A stretch of DNA of 64,000 bases from Vairimorpha necatrix (taxonomy: Eukaryota), in NCBI GenBank assembly GCA_036630325.1, contig CP142733.1, positions 248,001-312,000 of the forward strand, read 5' to 3'. A program made the position numbers and the translations under genes. A model generated the notes under the pieces. It ran no database searches. It saw nothing but the letters and a program-made list of their open reading frames with translations, and was not told the DNA's origin. This document shows positions 63,039 to 64,000 of this stretch, piece after piece. Numbering within the stretch: the first letter of the stretch is position 1; the number at the start of each line of letters is the position of its first letter.

Positions 63039-64000
63039 GGTCCTACTAGGAAAATCGACCCAAAAAATAAATATTTATTGAGTAACCAAACATTTTTCTA
63101 GAAGTAAAGCAAAAGCATGAGGAATTGAATTTTTTATTATATTGGCAATGTCTTTTACGCCAAGAAAATTCTTCTAAAAATTTAGAGATACGATTATGGT
63201 TTAACCCACTTCTTTTTCTATAATCGTGTTTTAAGTGGGACCAAAATTTTCAATCTGGTTTGTATGACCACCCTCTTCATTAACAAATCCCTTACTATGA
63301 TTTACTATTTCATGTACTGATCCCAAATTAGCCACAGCTTTAGGATATGATGGATATTCATCAGTAACAATAATAGTTCCCGGGAGTATATATTTTTTAA
63401 ACTCTTCTAATAGAGTTTCATGTTTTCTATTAGGAACTAATGAAACAAAAAAAATCGTTCCATCACCAACTATAACTCCTCCAAGTATTCATTGGATACT
63501 TTGAGTATCGTCTTGTATAGACGATGGATTATCAATCACTAGACCATTGCATATGGGTGTTTCATCAATTTCAATACGTGTATTTTCTCCACCTATCTTT
63601 TCAATTCTAGAAAAGGCTCAACTGAAAAATCCATTATTACATTTTTAAACTCAATGTATGTTGATTCGGCTATTTGACAAAAATTAATAGCTTGATAATT
63701 GGTGTATGAAAAGACCCAACAATACAAGCATCTTAGAATCTTTTTTAAATTCTATATTCGATTTAAAAAATTTGGTGCTTTTTTTAAGGAGCACTTTCTT
63801 TTACATTTTTTACTTAGGCATTTTCTCCCTTTCCCATCAATGAAGGAAGCTGTTTTAATTATTTTCATGTTTCTTACACAAGTATTAGATACACATGGCA
63901 TAACAGGGGTTATTACACCCACTTCTAATAAAAGTGTAATGGCCATGTCATTATCTTGAAATATAGGATTCCAAGGATCAAGTTCTCCTATTTTTCTACA
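63039..64000 (-). mobile_element. Merlin transposon, partial (runs off the window end)
   Basis: Minus-strand IEIDETPI, VTDEYPSY and HTNQIENFWSHLK. The left end GGTCCTACTAGG is inferred. Confidence 0.85.

Overview
AT-rich eukaryotic, transposon-dense window. It is most likely from a microsporidian; this is an inference from the CCC motif just upstream of start codons, intronless ORFs and the Ty3/gypsy + Merlin + Tc1 + Helitron repertoire. The only recognisable host content is a lineage-specific acidic ~220-aa gene family (4 copies, 1 fully intact). Two copies sit in a ~9-kb tandem segmental duplication that also carries a 108-bp minisatellite. The rest is a nested stack of mobile elements, most delimited here by reading termini and target-site duplications (TSDs): six gypsy-type LTR elements (one intact with identical LTRs), six solo LTRs, about 15 Merlin (IS1595-like) copies, two Tc1/IS630-like elements, a Ginger-like integrase relic, a non-autonomous Helitron and a tRNA-derived SINE-like sequence. 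Most notable: (1) two diverged ~3.15-kb gypsy elements with 48-49 bp LTRs, a very small Gag and no protease; (2) a complementary RT-less Gag-(PR)-IN element; (3) Gag translation starting inside the LTR in several unrelated families; (4) four independent LTR insertions within ~150 bp around the start codon of the host gene family. All calls were made by eye with no database searches.
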